Position numbers and translations under genes: made by a program
Notes under the pieces: generated by a model
What the model was told of the DNA's origin: nothing
Seen by the model: only the letters and a program-made list of their open reading frames with translations
Database searches by the model: none
Source: Patescibacteria group bacterium
GTDB taxonomy: Bacteria > Patescibacteriota > Minisyncoccia > UBA6257 > HR35
NCBI GenBank assembly: GCA_023480925.1
Contig: JAMCWY010000009.1
Location: 1 to 21,079, forward strand
Length of the DNA stretch: 21,079 bases
Direction: 5' to 3'
Shown here: piece after piece, positions 1 through 7,300 of the stretch
How positions within the stretch are numbered: position 1 is the first letter of the stretch
How the letters are laid out: each line of letters starts with the position of its first letter

Positions 1-33
1 GATTGTTAAGTTGTTCTCAAGGAGGAAAAGGCT

Positions 34-204
34 GTGAAACAATTTAGCATTTCGTCCGGCTGGCAATTCCCCGATCGTCTAGCGGCGAACTCCGCCTCCG
101 CGCCCGTGGGGGCTTTCGGGAAAACCGTCCACGAACAAAAATGCGGACGGAAAAAAGGAGCGGATAACGGTCATCAAAAGAAAAAGCGGCCGCATAGCAG
201 CTAA
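34..204 (+). other. GC-rich structured segment carrying a 56-codon ORF preceded by a Shine-Dalgarno sequence. Whether it is a small protein or a structured RNA is unresolved.
   Basis: AAGGAGG at 19-25 lies 8 nt before GTG at 34. The frame stays open to TAA at 202-204 and reads MKQFSISSGWQFPDRLAANSASAPVGAFGKTVHEQKCGRKKGADNGHQKKKRPHSS. The region is visibly more GC-rich than its flanks. It contains local hairpins (ccgtcc..ggacgg 126-150, cccg..cggg 103-120) and is followed by two terminators. I recognised no family. Confidence 0.25.
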
Positions 205-214
205 AACAGCCAGA

Positions 215-246
215 TGCGCGCGTTTTTAAGCGCACTTTTGTTTTTT
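215..246 (+). terminator. Putative rho-independent terminator (first of a tandem pair)
   Basis: The stem pairs tgcgc (215-219) with gcgca (230-234) around a 10-nt loop. It is followed by ttttgtttttt (236-246). Confidence 0.4.
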
Positions 247-261
247 GTTTGAAAAATTTGA

Positions 262-296
262 AGCCAAAGATTGGTTGTTTTTGGCTTCTTTTTTTA
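262..296 (+). terminator. Rho-independent terminator
   Basis: The stem pairs agccaaa (262-268) with tttggct (280-286) and may extend inward. It is followed by tcttttttt (287-295). Confidence 0.6.
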
Positions 297-428
297 ACCT
301 CGATAAAATTACCTTGATAAACCTGAATTTTGTTATGGGGTATAATTAAATTAATTTTATCCACAATTTAATTTTGATTTTTTTAAAATTTAGAGTATAA
401 TAAATTTAAGTTAAGTTAAAAATTATCT

Positions 429-458
429 TTGAGCAAAGGTTTAATTTTGTGTTATAAT
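429..458 (+). promoter_or_regulatory. Sigma70-type promoter with extended -10, upstream of the pilin gene
   Basis: TTGAGC (429-434), an 18-nt spacer, then TGtTATAAT (450-458). Two further TATAAT boxes lie upstream at 341-346 and 396-401. Confidence 0.5.
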
Positions 459-460
459 AA

Positions 461-500
461 ATATAAATTAAAAAGGACGAATATAAATTAAAAAGGACGA
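461..500. repeat. Exact 20-bp tandem duplication in the pilin 5' leader
   Basis: atataaattaaaaaggacga occurs at 461-480 and again at 481-500. A partial third copy, attaaaaaa, runs into the ATG at 509. Each copy carries the AAGGA ribosome-binding-like element. Confidence 0.95.
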
Positions 501-508
501 ATTAAAAA

Positions 509-1189
509 ATGTCAAATCCAATCAACTTTGTCGAAAAGAAAAAAGGGTTCACTTTGATCGAACTCTTAATTGTTCTTTCAATTTTAGCCGTTTTGGCCGC
601 TATTTTAATCTTGATTATCAAGCCTCAACAGATTTTCCAGAAAACTCGAGACACTCAACGAATCGCCGACCTAAACCACATCCAAGACGCGATCAATACC
701 TATCTTGAAGAACAATCAAGCGTTAACAGCACGACCAATATGACCGCCAATTACGCCACATCGAACTGGGGTTGTGTCAACGGCACTGGCAGTTCGACCT
801 TATACTACAGCAATATTATGACAGCGGGCGGCGTCGCTACGCCGGTTCCAAGCGGCTTCACTTTGACGGCCGGAACTACTTCTCAAGCAACCAATGGCAC
901 AGGCTGGCTGCCGGTTAATTTTGCGGCTATCTCGCTTTTGAACCTGCCGAATGAACCAATCGATCCAGTCAACACCAAAGTTGACGCCAAGCCCGGTTTT
1001 TATTACACCTACGCTTGCGACTCGAACAGCGGCTTTGAAGCTGGCGCGCACCTTGAGTTATCAACCAACCAAGGAATCAACGGCGGTCTTGAAGCGACCG
1101 ACGGTGGCAACAACAAGTACGTTTACGAAGTTGGCAACGATAAAACTCTCTTCCCAAGCGCCACTTCATCTGACTTTTATAACCAGTAG
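509..1189 (+). CDS. Type IV pilin / pseudopilin with a class III (prepilin) signal
   Basis: The N-terminus is MSNPINFVEKKKG|FTLIELLIVLSILAVLAAILI. This is the canonical prepilin peptidase site (G/FTLIE, Glu at +5) followed by a hydrophobic helix. Two Cys residues (WGCVNG, YACDSN) could form the C-terminal disulfide loop. Confidence 0.9.
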   Translation: MSNPINFVEKKKGFTLIELLIVLSILAVLAAILILIIKPQQIFQKTRDTQRIADLNHIQDAINTYLEEQSSVNSTTNMTANYATSNWGCVNGTGSSTLYYSNIMTAGGVATPVPSGFTLTAGTTSQATNGTGWLPVNFAAISLLNLPNEPIDPVNTKVDAKPGFYYTYACDSNSGFEAGAHLELSTNQGINGGLEATDGGNNKYVYEVGNDKTLFPSATSSDFYNQ

Positions 1190-1198
1190 GCTTAAAGT

Positions 1199-1666
1199 CT
1201 GAAAAAGTTTGAAATTGTTTTAGCCCTGTCAAATATACGTTCTGGTTTCAATGTTGGTTCAATTCTTCGAACGGCTGAGTTTTTAAAGGTTAAAAAAGTC
1301 TATCTAGTTGGTATCACGCCGAATCAAAATCATCCGAGCGTGGCTAAGACATCACTCAAAGCCGAAAACAACATCGAAATTAGTGAAGCAAAATACTTAA
1401 AACCGCTCCTTTTAAGTTTGAAACGGAGCGGTTTTAAGTTGGTCGCGATTGAACAAGCGAAAAATTCAATCCCCTACTTCAAATTTAAACCAAAGCAAAA
1501 CCAAAAAATCGTTTTAATCGTTGGCAACGAAAAGACAGGTTTAAAAGCGAGATAGCCGCAAAATTAACATCAAATCTTGGAAATACCAAAACTCGGTCAA
1601 GAAAAAGAATCGCTCAATGTCGCCATCGCCTTGGCGATCGTTTTAAGTCAAATCGTTTTTAATTAA
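1199..1666 (+). pseudogene. SpoU/TrmH-family (SPOUT) RNA 2'-O-methyltransferase, disrupted
   Basis: A single reading frame carries all three SPOUT motifs: NVGSILRTAEF, LIVGNEKTGL and IPKLGQEKESLNVAIALAIVL. Between motifs 2 and 3 it is interrupted by in-frame TAG (1553-1555) and TAA (1565-1567). There is no ATG, GTG or TTG at the expected N-terminus; CTG at 1199 precedes KKFEIVL. There is no frameshift. Confidence 0.7.
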
Positions 1667-1670
1667 GTCG

Positions 1671-1742
1671 TACCGAGGGTGGGGGTCGAACCCACGACCT
1701 GGCGCTTATGAAACGCCCGCTCTACCGCTGAGCTACCCCGGC
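1671..1742 (-). tRNA. tRNA with anticodon CAT (Met elongator, or Ile2 if lysidine-modified)
   Basis: The reverse complement folds as a 72-nt cloverleaf: GCCGGGG-TA-GCTC-AGCGGTA-GAGC-G-GGCGT-TTCATAA-GCGCC-AGGTC-GTGGG-TTCGACC-CCCAC-CCTCGGT-A. No CCA is encoded. Confidence 0.9.
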
Positions 1743-1758
1743 TGATTAGTTTAAATTA

Positions 1759-1767
1759 ATTTTATCA
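1759..1767 (-). promoter_or_regulatory. Extended -10 element upstream of tRNA-CAT
   Basis: The minus strand reads TGaTAAAAT. It ends 16 nt before the tRNA 5' end at 1742. Confidence 0.4.
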
Positions 1768-1876
1768 AAATTTAGACATTACCTCGAATAACCTAATCAA
1801 TATAAACCCAAATAAATTTTAAAAATTTTTTCAACTAAAAAGAGAAAAAAGTGGCAACCATACGCATCGGGAAGGG

Positions 1877-1952
1877 CGCGGCTGACCGGATTTGAACCGG
1901 CGATCTCCTGCGTGACAGGCAGGCGCTTTAAACCGGACTAAGCTACAGCCGC
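1877..1952 (-). tRNA. tRNA-Asp (GTC)
   Basis: The reverse complement folds as GCGGCTG-TA-GCTT-AGTCCGGTTTA-AAGC-G-CCTGC-CTGTCAC-GCAGG-AGATC-GCCGG-TTCAAAT-CCGGT-CAGCCGC-G. The discriminator is G. No CCA is encoded. Confidence 0.92.
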
Positions 1953-1989
1953 TCAAAAAATTATTTTTTACCTCCAAAATCACAAAATT

Positions 1990-1998
1990 ATTATAACA
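1990..1998 (-). promoter_or_regulatory. Extended -10 element upstream of tRNA-Asp
   Basis: The minus strand reads TGtTATAAT. It lies 37 nt upstream of the tRNA 5' end, just downstream of the preceding terminator. Confidence 0.45.
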
Positions 1999-2007
1999 TC
2001 AGACCGA

Positions 2008-2039
2008 GCAAAAATAAAAGGGGAAGTTTCCTTCCCCTT
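2008..2039 (-). terminator. Rho-independent terminator of the 81-aa ORF
   Basis: The stem pairs aaggggaag (2018-2026) with cttcccctt (2031-2039) around the loop tttc. On the minus strand the stem is followed by a ttttattttt run. Confidence 0.7.
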
Positions 2040-2054
2040 AATCATCCGCGCGGG

Positions 2055-2300
2055 TTATCCATCATCCACTCGCGCTCGGCCACTTGATTGATCTTTCCCA
2101 TTTCCGCTTTCATCCGCTTTCTCGACATCGCCCGGCGAAAGCCAAATAAAAAAGATCCGGCCACTCCTGCTCTTAACCTTAATCTGGACGGAGTGGTAAC
2201 TCATCACTCCTGAAACCTGGACCAACCGCGACAGGCCCAAATAATCATAATAACCCGGCGGTTTGATCACATTAACCCTCTCGCCAACGTTGAATTTCAT
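2055..2300 (-). CDS. Hypothetical small protein (81 aa)
   Basis: The ORF has GAGGTG 7 nt upstream of the ATG at 2300; the ORF-track GTG at 2309 sits inside that RBS. It has its own near-consensus promoter and terminator. I recognised no family. Confidence 0.55.
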   Translation of the reverse strand: MKFNVGERVNVIKPPGYYDYLGLSRLVQVSGVMSYHSVQIKVKSRSGRIFFIWLSPGDVEKADESGNGKDQSSGRARVDDG

Positions 2301-2356
2301 TTTAACCACCTCGATTAGATTAAAGGTTAAAAAATTTAATTTAACCTCCTGTTTTT

Positions 2357-2386
2357 ATTCTAACACTACTAATCAATCTATGTCAA
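2357..2386 (-). promoter_or_regulatory. Near-consensus sigma70 promoter for the 81-aa ORF
   Basis: The minus strand reads TTGACA (2386-2381), an 18-nt spacer, then TGtTAGAAT (2365-2357). Confidence 0.55.
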
Positions 2387-2613
2387 GACTAGATTTTTCT
2401 TCGATAGATTTAAAACCCATAGACAACAAAACTGATTAGATCAAACCTTTCTGGCCCGGCTTTGCCTCAGCCGCGATTTTTCACGGTGACTGTAACACTT
2501 GAAAGAAAATTAGAGTTCAACATTAATATTTAAAACAAAAAAGCGCCAATAATTTGAATCCAAATTTTACAAACGCCCGATTTTTTAAATAAAGTTTTTA
2601 ACTTAATTAGATA

Positions 2614-2622
2614 TGTTATACT
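2614..2622 (+). promoter_or_regulatory. Extended -10 element upstream of the tRNA-CAT / tRNA-Gly / cca unit
   Basis: TGtTATACT ends 8 nt before the tRNA 5' end at 2631. There is no good -35. Confidence 0.4.
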
Positions 2623-2630
2623 TTTATTAG

Positions 2631-2701
2631 AGCGGGATAGTGGAGTAGTACCACGGAGGTCTCATAAGCCTCAGACGCAGGTGCAAATCCTGCTCCCGCA
2701 A
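2631..2701 (+). tRNA. Atypical tRNA with anticodon CAT (Met, fMet or Ile2 undetermined)
   Basis: Fold: AGCGGGA-TA-GTGG-AGTAGTA-CCAC-G-GAGGT-CTCATAA-GCCTC-AGAC-GCAGG-TGCAAAT-CCTGC-TCCCGCA-A. Positions 1 and 72 are an A/A mismatch. The D-loop lacks GG and the T-loop reads TGC instead of TTC. The variable loop is 4 nt. The ends are uncertain by 1-2 nt. Confidence 0.7.
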
Positions 2702-2711
2702 CATTAAGACC

Positions 2712-2784
2712 GCGGCAGTAGTTCAGTTGGCAGAACGTCTCCTTGCCAAGGAGAAGGTCACCGGTTCAAGTCCGGCCTGCCGCT
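2712..2784 (+). tRNA. tRNA-Gly (GCC)
   Basis: Fold: GCGGCAG-TA-GTTC-AGTTGGCA-GAAC-G-TCTCC-TTGCCAA-GGAGA-AGGTC-ACCGG-TTCAAGT-CCGGC-CTGCCGC-T. The discriminator is U. No CCA is encoded. Confidence 0.93.
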
Positions 2785-2794
2785 CAAAAGGTTA

Positions 2795-4288
2795 ATGTCC
2801 GAAAAAGCAAAAATAGACCCGAGCCTTGAAAAAAAACTAAAAACTAAAATTCCTCAACCGGTCAAATCTGTTTTGGAAGAACTTAAACAAAATAATTTTG
2901 AGTCTTATCTTGTCGGCGGCTGCGTCCGCGATTTATTATTAGACCGTTCGCCCAAAGATTGGGACATCGCTACTTCGGCTCAACCGGCTGAAGTTTTAAA
3001 AATCTTCCCCGACGCTTTTTATGAAAATCGGTTTGGCACGGTTGGGGTTAAGACTGGAGCGGAAGCGGAAAATTTAAAAGTAATCGAGGTAACGACTTTT
3101 CGAATTGAAAAAAATTACGAAGACTTCCGTCGGCCAAACGAAGTTAAATTCAGTCTAAACCTTGAAGACGACTTGAAAAGACGCGATTTTACCATAAACG
3201 CTCTCGCCTTAAACGAGAAGTTTCAATTAATCGATCTTTTTAACGGTCTGACCGACCTGGAAAATAAATCGATTCGGGCGATTGGTCAGGCCGAAGAAAG
3301 ATTGCGCGAAGACGCCCTGAGATTAATCCGAGCGATCCGGTTCGCGACCGAACTGGATTTTGAGATTGAACCAAAAACTTTCGCGGCGATAAAAAAATTA
3401 GCCAATCTGATTCAGTATATCGCCAAAGAAAGAGTCAAGGACGAATTAAGCCGAATTATAAATTCAACCGCGGCCAGTGCCGGTTTTGAACTCCTCAGAC
3501 AAAGCGGTCTTTTACTCGAGTTGATTCCCGAACTCGTTCGAGCCAAAGATATCCGTCAAAATAAACATCACCGCTACGACATCTATGATCATCTCCTTCA
3601 CTCCCTTGATTACGCCGCCAAAAAAAATTACTCGCTTGAAATCAAGTTAGCCGCTCTTTTTCATGACATCGGCAAACCCCTGACTAAGGCGGGCGAGTAT
3701 CCGAATGCGACTTTTTACAACCATGAAATCGTCGGCGCGAAAATGACCAGACAAATCTTGGAACGATTAAGATTTAGTAAAGCGGTCGTGGCCAAAACCG
3801 TCCATCTCGTCCGCTATCACATGTTTTATCTTGAAATTGAAAAGGTGACGATGGCGGCGGTCCGACGATTCGCCCTTAATGTCGGCGAGGAAAATTTGGA
3901 AGACTTATTCAGGTTGAGAGAGGCGGATCGGATCGGATCGGGCGTGGCCAAAGCCGTGCCTTATCGTCTCCGCTATTTAAAATTCTTAATCGGCAAGGCC
4001 AAGCTCAAACCGATTTTGCCGACGCTATTGGAAATTAAAGGCGATGAAATTATGGCCAGACTTAAAATTGAACCGGGCCCAAAAGTTGGCTGGATCTTAA
4101 AAATTCTCTTGAAAGAGGTTTTGAACCAGCCCGGCCGAAATAAAAACAGCTATCTGGCAAAACGGGTCGAAGCCCTTGGCCAGCTTTCCGACTCGGACTT
4201 AAAAAGCAAAGCGAATGAGGCAGATGAGTTTAAAAAACAAATCGAGGTTGTTAAGGAAGAAGAAGTCAAAAAAGAATTTCGCGTTTAA
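2795..4288 (+). CDS. cca: CCA-adding enzyme (tRNA nucleotidyltransferase) with an HD phosphohydrolase domain
   Basis: The nucleotidyltransferase head carries GGCVRDLLLDRSPKDWDIAT and RRDFTINALA. The HD domain carries HHRYDIYDHLLHS and LFHDIGKP. A C-terminal RNA-binding-like extension follows. The gene starts 10 nt after tRNA-Gly. Confidence 0.9.
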   Translation: MSEKAKIDPSLEKKLKTKIPQPVKSVLEELKQNNFESYLVGGCVRDLLLDRSPKDWDIATSAQPAEVLKIFPDAFYENRFGTVGVKTGAEAENLKVIEVTTFRIEKNYEDFRRPNEVKFSLNLEDDLKRRDFTINALALNEKFQLIDLFNGLTDLENKSIRAIGQAEERLREDALRLIRAIRFATELDFEIEPKTFAAIKKLANLIQYIAKERVKDELSRIINSTAASAGFELLRQSGLLLELIPELVRAKDIRQNKHHRYDIYDHLLHSLDYAAKKNYSLEIKLAALFHDIGKPLTKAGEYPNATFYNHEIVGAKMTRQILERLRFSKAVVAKTVHLVRYHMFYLEIEKVTMAAVRRFALNVGEENLEDLFRLREADRIGSGVAKAVPYRLRYLKFLIGKAKLKPILPTLLEIKGDEIMARLKIEPGPKVGWILKILLKEVLNQPGRNKNSYLAKRVEALGQLSDSDLKSKANEADEFKKQIEVVKEEEVKKEFRV

Positions 4289-4325
4289 ACTCGTCCGGCT
4301 TTGTCCAAATTTTGCCTCGATTTTT

Positions 4326-4334
4326 TGTTAAAAT
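4326..4334 (+). promoter_or_regulatory. Extended -10 element upstream of ileS
   Basis: TGtTAAAAT lies 24 nt upstream of the ATG at 4359. Confidence 0.4.
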
Positions 4335-4358
4335 AACAATACATAAAACCTGATAAAA

Positions 4359-7300
4359 ATGTTTAAAAACTTAAATGAGTTAGAGAAAAAAATCCTAAAA
4401 TTTTGGCAATCAGCCGATATTTTTGAGCAGTCGGTTAAAAAAAGAAAAGGAAAGAAATTGTTTGTTTTCTTAGAAGGACCGCCCACGGCCAACGGCTTGC
4501 CCCACACCGGCCATTTTCTAACTAGAATTTACAAAGACACGATCCTTCGTTTTCGAACGATGAAGGGCGATTACGCGCCGAGACGCGCGGGCTGGGACAC
4601 GCACGGTTTACCGGTTGAGGTTGAAATTGAAAAAAAACTCGGCTTTAAAAATAAACGCGACATTGTCGCTTACGGCGTTGATAAATTTATTCAAAAATGC
4701 AAAGAGTCAGTTTTATTTTACAAAAAAGACTGGGAAAGAGAGGATGAGCGAATGGGCTTTTGGATCGACCATACTCATCCCTACATCACTTACACTTATC
4801 CCTATATTGAGAGTCTCTGGTCGATTTTAAAAAAGATTTATCAACAAAAACTTTTAATCGAAGAAAATCGAGTCGAACCCTACTGCCCCCGTTGCGCCAC
4901 GACTCTTTCCCAGGCCGAAGTCGGCCAAGTTGACGCCTATAAAAAAGTTTTCGACCCCTCGCTCTGGTTAAAACTTAAATTAAAAGATCGCGAGGACGAA
5001 TTCGTTCTAGTCTGGACAACGACTCCCTGGACCTTGCCGGCCAACGCGGCCCTGGCCGTTAAACCTGATCTCGATTATCACCTTTATCAAACTGATCAAG
5101 GTAAAATCTGGAGCCTGCGTCTGCCCAGTCAAGCTGAAGCAGAACCAATTAGAATCGCCAAAGCGAAAGAGTTAATTGGTCTAATTTATGAACCGCTCTA
5201 TCCCAATTTGAATAAACAAAACCGGGCAATCTACAAAATTTACGCCGCCGATTTTCTTGATGCGAATGAAGGTAGCGGCATTGTTCATATTGCTCCGGCT
5301 TTCGGCAAAGATGACTTTGAATTAAGCCAAAAACACAACCTGCCGCCAATTAACCCGATTAACGAAAACGGCTGTTTTGAACTCGACCAACCGAAAGATT
5401 TAGCCGATCGGATTAATGGTCTATTCTTCAAGTCAGCCGATCCGATCATCATCAAAGATCTTGAACAGAGAAATTTGATCTTCCCGGCTGAACCGAAAGA
5501 ATTCAAACACGACTACCCCCACTGCTGGCGCTGCCACTCGCCTTTAATTTATTACCTGAGCAAAAACTGGGTAATCAAACTCTCGCGCGTGAATAAAAAA
5601 CTTCTAGCCAATAACGACAAGATCAACTGGATTCCGGCTGAAATAAAAAACCGATTCGGCCAGTGGCTCAAAGAAGGAAAAGATTGGAATCTTTCGCGCA
5701 AAAGATTTTGGGGCACACCTTTGCCAATCTGGCGCTGCGACCGCTGCGCCCAAGAAACCGTTGTCGGTAGCTTAAAAGAATTAGCCGTTCACTTTAAAGC
5801 CCAAAATGAATATTACTTTTTGCGCCACGGCCAAGCTTTGTCCAATCTTAAAAAGATTATCAGCTCCTATCCGGAAACATTTTTTAATCCCCTGACCCGT
5901 TCCGGCATCAATCAAGTCAAAAAAACTTTGGCTCAAATAAAAAAAACTAAAATCGACCTGGTCGTCAGTTCACCGCTCCGGCGCTGCCGTCAAACCGCCC
6001 AAATTATCGCGGCCGAGCTTGGTTTAAATAAAGTAATTGAATTTGATTTGAGAGAAATTGACACAGGCAAGTTTAACGGCGGACCGGTCAGAGATTATGA
6101 AAATCTTTTTCAAAACGCGCTTGATCAATATGAAAAGAAGCCGGTCAACGGCGAAAATCTCGAAGAAGTCAAACGCCGAACCGTCAAAGTTGTTTTAGAG
6201 TTGGAAAAAAAATATCGCGGCAAGAAAATACTGCTCGTCTCCCATCAAGATCCCATTCGAGTTTTGACCGCGGCCCTGACCGGTCAAACAAATGAACAAA
6301 CAATCAAAGAAAAAAAATTAAATCTGGGCTTGGCCGAATTTAAAAAAACGAATTTTCTGGTTCTGCCCAGAAACGAGGCCGGCGAGATCGATTTAAATCG
6401 GCCATTTGTTGACCAATTCAGTTGGCCTTGTCCTTGCGGCGGCGAAAAAAAACGGGTGAGTGAAGTCGCCGACGTCTGGTTTGATTCAGGCTCGGCGCCG
6501 TTTGCCGCGAACCATTATCCTTTTGAAAACAAGGATCAAATTGATTCGGGCAAACTCTTGCCGATTGATTTTATCGTTGAAGGCGTTGACCAGACCCGCG
6601 GCTGGTTTAATTCTCTTCTCGCCGTTTCAACTTTAATCAAAAATAAACCCGCCTATCGAAACGCGATTGGCGTTGGTTTTGTCACTGATAAAAACGGCCG
6701 AAAGTTATCGAAGTCGCTTGGCAATTACGTCCCGCCAGCCGAATTAATTGAAAAATATGGCGCCGACTTGGTCCGCTTTTACCTTTTTTATTTGAGCGAG
6801 GCCGGCGATCAGAAAAAATTTAATGAAGCCGACCTGCTCGTCCTGAAACGAAACTACTTTGATCTGATTTTGAACATCTTAAATTTTTACCGCATGTATG
6901 AAACGGGAGAAAAAAATCAATCCAATCGTCCGCTTAAAAAAACCATCTTAGACAAGTGGTTCGAGACGTTTCTTCGAGAAAAAACAATTGAAATTTATCA
7001 AGCTTTAAACCAGTTCAATCCAAACAAAGCCAGCCGAGTCTTGGTTGAAGTTGTTGATAATTTTTCTCACTGGTGGTTAAGACGAAGCCGACGCCGATTT
7101 CAAAAACCAAAAAATAAAACCGAGCTGCTGACCGGCTTAAAATTTTTATCCAACTATCTTTTTCAGCTAGCCATTGTCGCCGCGCCGCTTACGCCGTTTT
7201 TAAGCGAATTTCTTTACCAAGAAATAAAATCCGACCAAAAAAAATCAAAACTAAGCGTCCATCTTGAAGACTTCCGCCAGCCCGAAGCGCTCAAACTAAA

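Noticed and set aside
1-235. Possible tmRNA, RNase P RNA, SRP RNA, 5S rRNA or riboswitch
   Set aside because: On either strand I could not find the diagnostic cores: the tRNA-like GGTTCGA..CCA end, GAGGAAAGTCC / ACAGAA-CCGGCTTA, the GGAA-capped SRP domain IV, CCGAAC / GAAGTGAAAC of 5S, or common riboswitch cores. Short resemblances, such as GGAGTTCGCCG on the minus strand, are not sufficient. It is kept only as an unknown element.
44-364. 106-aa minus-strand ORF from the ORF track
   Set aside because: It runs antisense through two plus-strand terminators and an AT-rich promoter region. It has no RBS and gives an arginine/low-complexity translation. It is most likely a chance ORF in a GC-rich structured segment.
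1553-1567. Stop-codon reassignment as the explanation for the in-frame TAG and TAA
   Set aside because: TAA, TAG and TGA each terminate long, well-conserved ORFs elsewhere in the window, including pilin (TAG), ileS and pnp (TAA), and rpsO and the NYN gene (TGA). A variant genetic code is not supported.
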